From NCBI GenBank assembly GCA_022795155.1, contig JAAWGF010000002.1, forward strand, positions 17,096 to 81,095: a stretch of DNA of 64,000 bases, given 5' to 3'. This document shows, piece after piece, positions 49,587 through 58,814 of this stretch. Source of the DNA: Bacilli bacterium. Lineage in GTDB: Bacteria; Bacillota_I; Bacilli_A; RF39; UBA660. Numbering within the stretch: the first letter of the stretch is position 1; every line of letters begins with the position of its first letter. Under the pieces are notes generated by a model, which saw nothing but the letters and a program-made list of their open reading frames with translations, was not told where the DNA came from and did no database searches. Position numbers and translations under genes: made by a program.

Positions 49587-49644
49587 ATAGGGGCTAAGGA
49601 ATTACTATAACTAATATTTAGTTATGGCGGAAGGAGAGAAGAAT

Positions 49645-49854
49645 ATGAAAAAAGGTATACATCCAAACTATGTAGATACACAAGTAACATGTGCTTGTGG
49701 TAATACTTTTACAGTAAAATCTAATAGAGAAAATTTACATTTGGAAGTATGTAATAAATGTCATCCATTTTTTACAGGTGAACAAGGAAAAGCATCTAAA
49801 ACCGGCGCTGTTGATAAGTTCAATCGTAAATATGGAATTAAAGATGCAGCTTAG
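49645..49854 (+). CDS. rpmE: 50S ribosomal protein L31 (Cys-containing type A)
   Basis: MKKGIHPNY..., CACG and CNKCHPFFTG zinc motifs. Start set to ATG 49645 (GGAAGGAGAG upstream). Confidence 0.92.
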   Translation: MKKGIHPNYVDTQVTCACGNTFTVKSNRENLHLEVCNKCHPFFTGEQGKASKTGAVDKFNRKYGIKDAA

Positions 49855-49881
49855 GCTGTTTTTTTCTTAAAGAGGTGAGCA

Positions 49882-50655
49882 ATGAAAATGTATAATCAAA
49901 ATAAGTTAATTGGGATTATATTAGCAGGTCTACTTTTGGTTAACTTAACAGGATGTATAAATGAATCTGAGAAGATTACCAAGAGTGTAACCGAAAGCAT
50001 TAGTAATGCGGATATTGATTCTGATTCTATGAAAAATAATGTTAACAATGCTGTAGAAAAAAATGATAATAATTCTAACAATGTTAATGAAAATCAGTCG
50101 ACTACTAATGGGCCAGATGCTAATCTTAATGAAGATGAAAATTTAAGTAAAGATGAAATTATTATTAATTATTTTAATGAAGCAACTGATGATATTAATA
50201 ATCTTTTAAGTTCTGATAATGTTACAAATGCTAAAGCTAAATGTAAGGAGTATTTTATAACGTTTGTTGATTTTATTTTCTATGATGGTAAAATAAAAGA
50301 TATTACTTTTTCTGAATTAAAGGAAAATACAAAAATGACTATTATTAAAATTGTTGAAAAGGTCGATACTTTAATTATGAAAAAATTTCCTGATTATAAG
50401 GAAACAATTAGTGAAACATCTAAAGGTTTATATGAAAAAGCTAGTGATGTTTTACATAGTGGAAAAGAGCATCTTGAGGATTATATTATTTCAAAGGTTG
50501 GTGAAGATAAATATCATCAATCATTAGAAATAATTGATGAAATAAAGGAAAAAGATAAAGAAACATGGAATAATATGAAGGATTTTGGTAGTGATGTTTA
50601 TGAGACAGGAAAAGACAAGATAAAAACATGGTATGAAAATTTTAGAAATAAATAA
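49882..50655 (+). CDS. putative lipoprotein (257 aa)
   Basis: Signal peptide with lipobox NLTGC, and an N/D/S-rich linker. No domain recognised. Confidence 0.5.
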   Translation: MKMYNQNKLIGIILAGLLLVNLTGCINESEKITKSVTESISNADIDSDSMKNNVNNAVEKNDNNSNNVNENQSTTNGPDANLNEDENLSKDEIIINYFNEATDDINNLLSSDNVTNAKAKCKEYFITFVDFIFYDGKIKDITFSELKENTKMTIIKIVEKVDTLIMKKFPDYKETISETSKGLYEKASDVLHSGKEHLEDYIISKVGEDKYHQSLEIIDEIKEKDKETWNNMKDFGSDVYETGKDKIKTWYENFRNK

Positions 50656-50831
50656 TGATATGTTTTAAATACATGATAATTCATGTATTTTTTAATGCCT
50701 AATTAATATTTAAGGTTATAATAGACAATTTATAATGTATTAATGAGAAAATTATTTTAAGGTAAAGGAGTGTGATATTTAGTTATAGACTTATTAAAAC
50801 TAGATTTTTAATATTAAGGAAAGGAGATAAA

Positions 50832-51937
50832 GTGAGAAGATTTTTTATTTTAGTTTTAATTTTTACATCGTTATTTAGCTCTTTAAATAGTGTTAAAGCA
50901 TTGGACGAAGAATATACTATTTATAATGTTGGAGATAGTGTTACTTTAGTAGATGGTACTAAGTGGCATGTTATTTCTTATAGTGGAGATGATAGTGATA
51001 GTTTAACAATATTTAGCGATTATTTCGTATTACAAGATGGAACACAGTATCAAAGTTGGGATATAGAATGGCTTAATAATCTTTTTTCGATTACTAGCGA
51101 AAATTTTGGTAAATTTGATGATGGAAGACTTTATATTAATAATACATTTTGTAGTGAACCAGTAGATGGTGAGGAATATACATATTGTAATATTTATGAA
51201 AAAGCTGATAGTACTATTACAATAGATGATAGATCTGGGACTGTTAGTGAAGATAGTTATATAAAAAAATATCTTAATGACAAATTTTTACCAAATCTAA
51301 AACTTAACCTAGTTAATAATAATGGACTAGATGATTCGATTTCAGTTAGACTAATGAACATTGATGAAATAGCAAATATAGAAGAATTAAATTTATCTTC
51401 TAGTAGTGTCAATAATATTTCCCAAAAAGATTCGCTTATATTAATAGCTAATTAAAAAACAAATTGGTTAAAAGCATATAGTAGTGATGGAAAAGCCCCC
51501 TATGTTGGTTATTATACAATGAGTCCTGCATTAGTTTCTTATGATGAAGATTATAATTCATCTATTCAATCCGAATATGTTTATGCGGTTACAGGTGATG
51601 GAGTCTATATAACAAACAATTTAGCTGGCGAATTTACTTAAATTTAAATGGAAAAGTTGGTGGCTCTACAGGTATTCGTCCTGTAGTTATCTTAAATAAG
51701 GCAAATGTTATTGGTTCTAAGGAGAATAAAATTTTAAATAATATAGATGATTCTAAACCAGTTGACAAGGATAAAACAGAGCCAGATCAAACAAAACCGA
51801 CTTTAACAAATAAAATTGAAAACCCTAAAACATTAGATTTAAATAATAATAAATACTTATTATTTAATGGAATAGGTTTTATAGGTGTTTGTGGATTAAT
51901 CTTTTCTTTAGCGTATAAAGCAAAGAAGAGTAAATAA
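50832..51937 (+). pseudogene. decayed secreted/surface-anchored protein gene (one nonsense codon plus one frameshift)
   Basis: - GTG 50832 (AAGGAG 5 nt upstream) opens a signal peptide.
- An in-frame TAA lies at 51453-51455, and the reading then continues (KTNWLKAYSSDGKAPYVGYYTMSP...) to TAA 51639.
- A 1-nt shift near 51636-51638 continues as LNLNGKVGGSTGIRPVVILNK...
- It ends in a hydrophobic segment plus KAKKSK at 51937. Confidence 0.6.
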
Positions 51938-51995
51938 TAAATTAAATTTTATATATTTTGCAAAAAATGTTGAATAAGGAGATGAATTTTAAATT

Positions 51996-52421
51996 ATGAA
52001 AAAAAGTATTATTATATTATTTTTAACATTGATAACATTGCTAATGAGTGGATGCTCTATGCCATTTGCATCTAATGAAGAAACAATTACTTGTAAAATG
52101 GATTTTATCTTCAATATGCAAGCAGATGCTACTTTTAAAGATGATAAATTAATAAAATGTGTTCTAGTACAAAAACTTGATACGAGTGATATGACAAAAG
52201 AAGAAATAGATTTAATGAAGCAATCAATGTCAAATGATACAAAAAATACAGCTGGGGTTGCAATTAAGATAGAAGAAAAAAATGGTGCTATCATTAATAC
52301 AATAATTTACGATATTGCTAAAATGACTGATGAAGAACTTGAAGAAAGGGGAATGTCAAAAAATATGACTAAAGAAGAATATGAAAAGATGGTTAAAGAA
52401 TCAGGAATGGTTTGTGATTAA
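51996..52421 (+). CDS. putative lipoprotein (141 aa)
   Basis: Signal peptide with lipobox LMSGC. Confidence 0.5.
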   Translation: MKKSIIILFLTLITLLMSGCSMPFASNEETITCKMDFIFNMQADATFKDDKLIKCVLVQKLDTSDMTKEEIDLMKQSMSNDTKNTAGVAIKIEEKNGAIINTIIYDIAKMTDEELEERGMSKNMTKEEYEKMVKESGMVCD

Positions 52422-52426
52422 TCTAT

Positions 52427-52984
52427 ATGAAGAAATTTTTGTTATGTTTATTTAGTTGTTTATTGGTGTGTAGTTGTCAATTTAATAAGACCAATGATAA
52501 AACTAATGCAAAAGATGAACAAAAAATTATAGATTATAGAAATTTAAAAACAATTGAGTTAGGTGGAATTGAAGTATCAACCATACTTGATATAGTTGGT
52601 AAAAATAATATTAGTGAATTTATTCAATCAAAGAGTAAAGATAAAATAAGAATTGTTTATGAAAAGAATAGTGTGAGTGATAAAGACTATATTAAATATA
52701 TTACTTATTTATATAATGAATGTTTTGGACATGCTAGTATTTTGGGCTCAATAAATATGAGTGACGAAATAGGTAATTATCAAGAATTTTATAAAGTAAC
52801 TCCTAAGTCCGGGGAAGTATTAGTAATAACCATAAGTGAGTCATTAAGAAATTCAATGTCCGTCTATACCATTTCTTACGAATTAATCGATTTTGATGAC
52901 GAGATATATTATACAATGTTTATTGGCGATAATGAAGGTGAGTGGAATACTAAATGTGCGAAAAATGAGGATTTTGTTTTTTAA
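52427..52984 (+). CDS. putative secreted protein or lipoprotein (185 aa)
   Basis: Hydrophobic N-terminus with an atypical lipobox-like LVCSC. It begins 5 nt after the preceding lipoprotein gene. Confidence 0.4.
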   Translation: MKKFLLCLFSCLLVCSCQFNKTNDKTNAKDEQKIIDYRNLKTIELGGIEVSTILDIVGKNNISEFIQSKSKDKIRIVYEKNSVSDKDYIKYITYLYNECFGHASILGSINMSDEIGNYQEFYKVTPKSGEVLVITISESLRNSMSVYTISYELIDFDDEIYYTMFIGDNEGEWNTKCAKNEDFVF

Positions 52985-53325
52985 ATGAAAGGTTATAAAA
53001 GAAATTAAAGTAAGTAAAATATTTTTTTAGTTAAATATAATTGAAAAATATGCTAGAATACTTTTATAAATTATTTATGTTGGGGACTAATGTTATAGTT
53101 TTTTTAAATAATTTAGATTGATAGTATTTTTAATCTTTATTATTTAGATAATGTTTTGTCAATAATATATTATAAAGATACTGCAAAAATATAATGCGGC
53201 TTTTTATATGAATTTTACAAATAATATTTACAAATTTTTACGTTACTTTTCTGCTTAATAATTTAATTATTTAATATTTATTGATAAACAATTTATTTTA
53301 GGCTAGAATAATAATAGGTGATAAT

Positions 53326-53787
53326 ATGAAAATAGGTTTTGCGTGTGATCATAGTGGATTAAAAGCAAACAATCACGGATTTATTGTTAGAGATGAGATT
53401 ATAAAATATTTAAGAAATAATAATTATGATGTTGTAGATATGGGTCCCAAAAAGTTGATACCAACTGATGATTATCCTGATTATGTAATTAAATTAGGTG
53501 AAGCTATAAGAGATAAAAAAATTGATTTTGGTATTATAATGTGTGGAACTGGTATAGGTGCTAGTATTGCTTGTAATAAAGTAAAAGGTGTAAGATGCGC
53601 ACAAGTAAATACAATGCATGAGGCCAAAATGACGAGACTTGATAATGATGCAAATGTTTTATCGATAGGAATGAATATGAGTTTAGAAAAATTACACAAA
53701 ATAATTGATACTTTTTTAAATACACCTAAGTCAGATCACGAAAGACATCGTCGTCGAATTGATAAGATAACAGCTTATGAACGTTAG
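53326..53787 (+). CDS. rpiB: ribose-5-phosphate isomerase B
   Basis: LacAB/RpiB pattern: MKIGFACDH, MCGTGIGASIACNK, ANVLSIG. Confidence 0.9.
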   Translation: MKIGFACDHSGLKANNHGFIVRDEIIKYLRNNNYDVVDMGPKKLIPTDDYPDYVIKLGEAIRDKKIDFGIIMCGTGIGASIACNKVKGVRCAQVNTMHEAKMTRLDNDANVLSIGMNMSLEKLHKIIDTFLNTPKSDHERHRRRIDKITAYER

Positions 53788-53971
53788 AACGATTTTATAT
53801 TGTGTAATTGTTCCTATAACTATTTGGGCAATGGAAAGTTTAAATATAAATCATTTGTTTAAGAAAAATCGTTATTACCAATCAAGATTAGTATATTTAC
53901 TTTTATCATTAGCAATATCATATTTAGTTGTTAATTTTTTCATGGATTTTTTTCTTAGTACTAAAATTTAA
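53777..53971 (+). CDS. DUF1146 (YwzB-like) small membrane protein
   Basis: WAMESLNINHLFKKNRYYQSRLVYLLLSLAISYLVVNFFMDF matches the DUF1146 pattern as I recall it. It overlaps the rpiB end by 11 nt. Confidence 0.5.
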   Translation: MNVRTILYCVIVPITIWAMESLNINHLFKKNRYYQSRLVYLLLSLAISYLVVNFFMDFFLSTKI

Positions 53972-53979
53972 GTGAGTGA

Positions 53980-54527
53980 GTTATTGATTTAGAAGTCAAA
54001 CAAATAAAAGATTTGATTAATGAAATATATTTTAATAAAAATCACGATTTAGATTTACAAAAAAAATTATTATCTTTACTGTCATGTTATATAGGTAAAA
54101 ATTATTATAATTTAACTATTCTATTTCGTTTAATTTTGAATTAAAAGAGGATAAAAATCTATTAGGAGAATATTTACTTGAAGATAATATAATTTTATAT
54201 TATATGAATAATTTGGCTACAATGTTTGAAAATATAAATTCTTTTTTTGAAGTTATTTTTGTTGTTAGTCATGAATTAGGCCATGCTTATAATCCGCATA
54301 TGCGAAATAATGTATATAATTTTTTAAGTAAATATGATGATTTAAATAATTTAATAAATTATCATAATATATTTTATGATATAGAATGGCTTAAAAAGAT
54401 AGTTATTTCATTAATTTATGAATCTAAGATAAATATTGATGGTACTTATAGTGAAGAGTGAATTGGAGAGCTAAAGAGAATAGTTGATGAGTATTTATTA
54501 CGAGGTGAGAATAGAAAAAATAAATAA
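53980..54527 (+). pseudogene. relic of an HEXXH metallopeptidase-like gene (no start codon, frameshift, in-frame TGA)
   Basis: - Frame A runs 53980-54144 with no start codon.
- Frame B opens at 54111 and contains VVSHELGHAYNPH.
- Frame B ends at TGA 54462-54464, then continues in-frame for 21 codons to TAA 54525-54527. Confidence 0.4.
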
Positions 54528-54624
54528 TTTTCTATTTTTTTGTATATTTAAATTTTTTTGTCACATAATAAAATGAATAATCTTTTTTCTTCATCATAGA
54601 TATAATTAGAACGATGGTGATATA

Positions 54625-55545
54625 ATGAAAAAATTAATTTTTACAACAATATTAATAATTCTAATTCCGTATATTTTTATAAGTATTTTTATTCGTGAAC
54701 CAGAAGAAATAAAATTTAAATATATGAGTAATATGACGATTAGAATTAAAAGGTCAGCTACTGGTGTTATTGATGTTGTACCAATTGAAGAATATATTGT
54801 TGGCGTGGTATCAGGTGAAGTCCCAATTAGTTTTGAAATGGATGCTTTAAAGGCCCAAGCAGTTGCAGCTCGTAGTTATGTTTTAAAGCAATTAGAGTAT
54901 AATCGTAATAATGATTATGATGTTGTTGATACAGTTATGAATCAGGTATATTTAGATAGTGATCAACTTAAAAATAGATGGGGTAATAATTATATAACAA
55001 ATTTAAATAAAGCTAAAATGGCTGTATTAGAAACTAAGGGTGAATATTTAGATTGTAATGGAAGTGTTGTAGAAGCTTTATTTTTTTCAACAAGTACTGG
55101 CTATACGGAAAATAGTGGTGAAGTTTTTCCAACGCAACAACCTTATTTAAAAAGTGTAGCTTCGACTTGGGATGCTGATGTGTCACCTGTTTTTAACGAT
55201 TATTTTTATTTTAAATTATGGGATTTTTATAGTAAATTAGGTTTACCATATTCAGATACCTTATATGTTGAGGCTATCAATACAACAAGTACTGGACGTA
55301 TTAAACAAGTAAAAATTAATGGAAAAATATTTAGTGGGGATGATGTCCAATATTTACTTGGTTTAAGGTCAACTTTTTTCTCGATAATTCAAAATGGTGA
55401 AGATATTACCGTTAATACAAAGGGATATGGTCATGGTGTTGGTATGAGCCAGTATGGTGCGCAAGGTATGGCTTTGAACGGATATAAATATGATGAGATT
55501 TTAAAATATTATTATCAAGGTGTTGAAATTAAAAAAATTTATTAA
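54625..55545 (+). CDS. spoIID: stage II sporulation protein D (SpoIID/LytB domain)
   Basis: N-terminal TM helix, EALKAQAVAARSY, FFSTSTGYTE and GYGHGVGMSQYGAQGMA. Confidence 0.85.
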   Translation: MKKLIFTTILIILIPYIFISIFIREPEEIKFKYMSNMTIRIKRSATGVIDVVPIEEYIVGVVSGEVPISFEMDALKAQAVAARSYVLKQLEYNRNNDYDVVDTVMNQVYLDSDQLKNRWGNNYITNLNKAKMAVLETKGEYLDCNGSVVEALFFSTSTGYTENSGEVFPTQQPYLKSVASTWDADVSPVFNDYFYFKLWDFYSKLGLPYSDTLYVEAINTTSTGRIKQVKINGKIFSGDDVQYLLGLRSTFFSIIQNGEDITVNTKGYGHGVGMSQYGAQGMALNGYKYDEILKYYYQGVEIKKIY

Positions 55546-55597
55546 TTTTTTGTATAATTTTTGTCATATGGTTAAGACTTAAAATAGAGGTGGAAAT

Positions 55598-56233
55598 ATG
55601 ACAAAAAGAAGATTAAAAAAACCTGTGGCTTATGTTTTATATGGATTAGTATTTGTATCAGTATTTGGCGCAATTTTTTCGATTGAATCAGCAACAAGTC
55701 CAAAACTTCAAGAGCCAGATATGGAGTATGTATCAAAAACAATAATAGAAAATAATGAACCAGTTGTAGCGATTAATAATGTCATTAAAAGACCTTATAA
55801 TAATGAAACTGTTAAAATAATTAAAGATTATTATGATTATAAGGATGAATCGGTAGAACAAGAAAATTCTATTATTTATTATGAAGATACCTATTTACAA
55901 AGTAGTGGGGTTTCTTATGGCGGCGATGTTTCATTTGAGGTTCTTAGTATATTAGATGGAACAGTTAGTTCAGTAACTGAGAATGATTTGTTAGGAAATA
56001 TTGTGGAAATTGATCATGGAAATGGAATAATTGGCTATTACCAAAGTTTAAGTGATATTGAAGTAAAAAAAGGTGATACAGTTGTTCAAGGTCAAAAGTT
56101 AGGAAAAAGTGGTTTTTCTAATATTGCTAAAGATCTAAATGATCATTTAAATTTCGAATTATCGATTAAGGGTAAATTAGTTAATCCTGAAAATTATTAT
56201 GATCGAAATATAAGTGATTTAGAGGAGCAATAG
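55598..56233 (+). CDS. spoIIQ: SpoIIQ-like membrane protein with a degenerate LytM/M23 domain
   Basis: N-terminal TM helix. LytM fold motifs IVEIDHGNG and HLNFEL (HLHFE with His replaced by Asn); the HxxxD position reads SYGGD. The order spoIID-spoIIQ-spoIIID-mreB matches other endospore formers. Confidence 0.6.
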   Translation: MTKRRLKKPVAYVLYGLVFVSVFGAIFSIESATSPKLQEPDMEYVSKTIIENNEPVVAINNVIKRPYNNETVKIIKDYYDYKDESVEQENSIIYYEDTYLQSSGVSYGGDVSFEVLSILDGTVSSVTENDLLGNIVEIDHGNGIIGYYQSLSDIEVKKGDTVVQGQKLGKSGFSNIAKDLNDHLNFELSIKGKLVNPENYYDRNISDLEEQ

Positions 56234-56291
56234 CTCTTTTTTAGGTATAAAATATACCCTTTTCTATATAATTTAGTAAAGGGGTGTAGAG

Positions 56292-56549
56292 ATGAATTCT
56301 GCTATTTCAGAAAGAGTTAAAAATGAGGCTCTTTATATTATTGATACCGAAAAAACAATAAGAGAGATTGCAGCAATATTTAAAGTTTCAAAAAGTACAG
56401 TTCATAAAGATTTACACGAAAGACTTTTATTAATAGATGAAAAATTGTTTATGCGTGTTGAGAAAATATTAAAATATCACATTGATGTTCGTCATATACG
56501 AGGTGGCGAGTCAACGCGAAATAAATACTTAGAACAAAAATATAGTTAG
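56292..56549 (+). CDS. spoIIID: stage III sporulation protein D (transcription factor)
   Basis: ~85 aa. HTH TIREIAAIFKVSKSTVHKDL, and the C-terminal basic region RHIRGGESTRNKY. Confidence 0.85.
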   Translation: MNSAISERVKNEALYIIDTEKTIREIAAIFKVSKSTVHKDLHERLLLIDEKLFMRVEKILKYHIDVRHIRGGESTRNKYLEQKYS

Positions 56550-56561
56550 AAAGGAAATATT

Positions 56562-57551
56562 ATGTTTGCAAAGGATATAGGAATAGATTTAGGAACAGCT
56601 AACGTACTAATTTATGTTAAAGGCCAAGGCATTGTCTTAAATGAGCCTAGTGTTGTAGCAATTGATTCGGAAACAAGAAAGCCACTAGCAGTTGGTAAAG
56701 AGGCCCATGAAATGTTAGGAAGAACACCAGGTCGAGTTAATGCGATAAGGCCTTTAAAAGATGGTGTAATTGCTGACTTTGAGATTACAGAAATAATGCT
56801 TAATCATTTTATTAAAAAAATTAATGGTAAAGGTTTTTGGTCAAAACCACGAATTTTAATTTGTTGTCCTTCTAATATTACACAAGTTGAAAAAAATGCG
56901 ATTAAGGAAGCAGCTGAGCGTACTGGAGCTAAAAGAGTTTTGTTGGATGATGAACCAAAAGTGGCAGCTGTCGGAGCTGGACTTGATATTTCTAAACCAA
57001 GTGGCAATATGGTTATTGACATTGGTGGTGGGACAACTGATGTTGCAATATTATCACTTGGGGGAATTGTTACAAGTGAATCAATCAAGGTAGCAGGTGA
57101 TACATTTGATTCAGATATTATGAAATATATTAAAGATAAATATAAATTATTAGTTGGTGAGAAAACAGCTCAAGAAATTAAATTGACAATTGGCAACGTG
57201 TTTCCTGAGGCTAAGGGTGATAAAATGGATGTAAGAGGAAGGGACTTAGTTACAGGGCTACCTAAAACTATTACAATATCTTCTAAAGAAATTGAAGAGG
57301 CGCTGAAAGAGAGTATTGAAGTAATTATTCATGCTGCCAAAACGGTTTTAGAAAAAACGCCACCAGAATTATCGGCCGATATAATTGATAAAGGAATAGT
57401 TTTAACGGGTGGTGGGGCTCTTCTTAAAGGTTTTGACAAATTATTGTCTCAAGAGCTTAAAGTGCCTGTATACGTTGCTGAAAGTCCACTTACTTGTGTA
57501 GCTGAAGGAACAGGAATAATGCTAGATAATCTCAACTTAGTGGCTGATTAG
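56562..57551 (+). CDS. mbl: MreB-family actin-like protein (Mbl-like by position)
   Basis: IGIDLGTANVLIY, DIGGGTTDVA, LTGGGALL. It lies immediately after spoIIID, as mbl does in B. subtilis. Confidence 0.9.
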   Translation: MFAKDIGIDLGTANVLIYVKGQGIVLNEPSVVAIDSETRKPLAVGKEAHEMLGRTPGRVNAIRPLKDGVIADFEITEIMLNHFIKKINGKGFWSKPRILICCPSNITQVEKNAIKEAAERTGAKRVLLDDEPKVAAVGAGLDISKPSGNMVIDIGGGTTDVAILSLGGIVTSESIKVAGDTFDSDIMKYIKDKYKLLVGEKTAQEIKLTIGNVFPEAKGDKMDVRGRDLVTGLPKTITISSKEIEEALKESIEVIIHAAKTVLEKTPPELSADIIDKGIVLTGGGALLKGFDKLLSQELKVPVYVAESPLTCVAEGTGIMLDNLNLVAD

Positions 57552-57562
57552 AAAAATCATTA

Positions 57563-57592
57563 AAAATCAATAAATCCTTGATTTTTTTTTTT
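57563..57592 (+). terminator. intrinsic terminator after mbl
   Basis: AAAATCAA / TTGATTTT 8-bp stem with a 7-nt loop, followed by a long T-run (to 57592). Confidence 0.6.
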
Positions 57593-57622
57593 GTACTGTC
57601 TATAATGAAGTTAGGTGGTTTT

Positions 57623-58768
57623 ATGGAAGAAGTAATTGTAAAAATAGTCATGATTGTTGTAACAACTTTTTGTTTTGTTGCAATAATAATGCCATTTATC
57701 AAGAAGTTAGCACTTCAAATAGGGGCGGTAGATATGCCGAGAACAAGGCATATTCATACTAAGCCTATGCCCAAAATGGGTGGAATCGGGATTTTTTTAG
57801 GTTTTTTATTGGGATATATGTTATTTGGTACACCTAGTGTTCAAATGAATTCAATTTTAATTGGTGGATTTATAATTATTTTAATTGGGTTAATTGACGA
57901 TATGACGGAACTCAAACCATTAATAAAATTTATAGGGCAATTGGCTTCAGCTTGTGTTATTGTTTTTTATGGTCAGTTTTTATTAAATGATGTCAGTGCT
58001 TTTGGTATTTATTTACATTTTGGCTTTTTAGCTTATCCAATTACAATATTTTTTATATTAGGATGTATCAATTGTATTAATTTAATTGATGGCTTGGATG
58101 GATTATCAAGTGGTATCAGTTCTATTTATTTTTTAACAGTTGGTATAATCGCAACCATTCAAGGACATTTTGGCCTAGATTTTCTTTTATCATTTGTAAT
58201 GTTAGGCTCAACTTTAGGATTTTTAGTTCATAATTTCCATCCAGCTAGTATTTTTGTTGGGGATTCAGGCTCAATGTTCATGGGATTCATTATTTCTGTT
58301 ATAGCTTTACTTGGATTTAAAAATGTTACAATGACGTCACTGATAATTCCGTTACTTATATTAGCAATTCCTATTTTGGATACTTTGTTTGCCATAATTC
58401 GTCGTTTATTAAAGGGCGAAAGTCCATCAAAGGCAGATAAATTTCATATTCATCATCAATTTTTAAATCGTAATTTTTCACAAACAGCAACCGTATTAAT
58501 TATATATTTTATTGATTTATTATTTGCTTTTGCGTCAATATTATATGTTTTAAAGGATAGAATGCTTGGTTATATTGTTTATGGCATTTTAATGGTTATA
58601 GTTTTAATTTTTATTTTAAAAACTAATGTTGTTTTTGATAAAGATAATAATATTATTATTGATAAAATAAAAAAGGGAAAAGAATTAAGCAGCAATAAAG
58701 AAAAAGAGCCTATAAAAAATAAAATAAGTAGTAATAAAAAGAAAGTTAATAAAAAAGAAAAAAAATAG
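57623..58768 (+). CDS. tagO: undecaprenyl-phosphate GlcNAc-1-phosphate transferase (WecA/TagO, MraY-like family)
   Basis: NCINLIDGLDGLSSG and HNFHPASIFVGDSGSMFMGF, about 10 TM helices. Start set to ATG 57623. The K-rich C-terminal tail is unusual. Confidence 0.78.
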   Translation: MEEVIVKIVMIVVTTFCFVAIIMPFIKKLALQIGAVDMPRTRHIHTKPMPKMGGIGIFLGFLLGYMLFGTPSVQMNSILIGGFIIILIGLIDDMTELKPLIKFIGQLASACVIVFYGQFLLNDVSAFGIYLHFGFLAYPITIFFILGCINCINLIDGLDGLSSGISSIYFLTVGIIATIQGHFGLDFLLSFVMLGSTLGFLVHNFHPASIFVGDSGSMFMGFIISVIALLGFKNVTMTSLIIPLLILAIPILDTLFAIIRRLLKGESPSKADKFHIHHQFLNRNFSQTATVLIIYFIDLLFAFASILYVLKDRMLGYIVYGILMVIVLIFILKTNVVFDKDNNIIIDKIKKGKELSSNKEKEPIKNKISSNKKKVNKKEKK

Positions 58769-58814
58769 TATATTTTAATAATCACTTATAATAATAATAA
58801 TAGGTGATTTTTTT

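Noticed and set aside
51820-51937. NPKT followed by a hydrophobic helix and a basic tail, read as an LPXTG-type sortase signal
   Set aside because: The motif reads NPKTL, not xPxTG, and the gene is a pseudogene. I describe it only as an anchor-like C-terminus.
54462-54464. In-frame TGA with open frame continuing, considered as evidence for genetic code 4 (TGA=Trp) given the Mollicutes-like AT richness
   Set aside because: TGA terminates conserved genes at their expected ends (methyltransferase 34303-34305, holB 32792-32794, the nitrilase-like gene 1833-1835). Conserved proteins such as gyrA/gyrB/mfd show no internal TGA. Code 11 therefore applies and this TGA is a lesion in a decayed gene.
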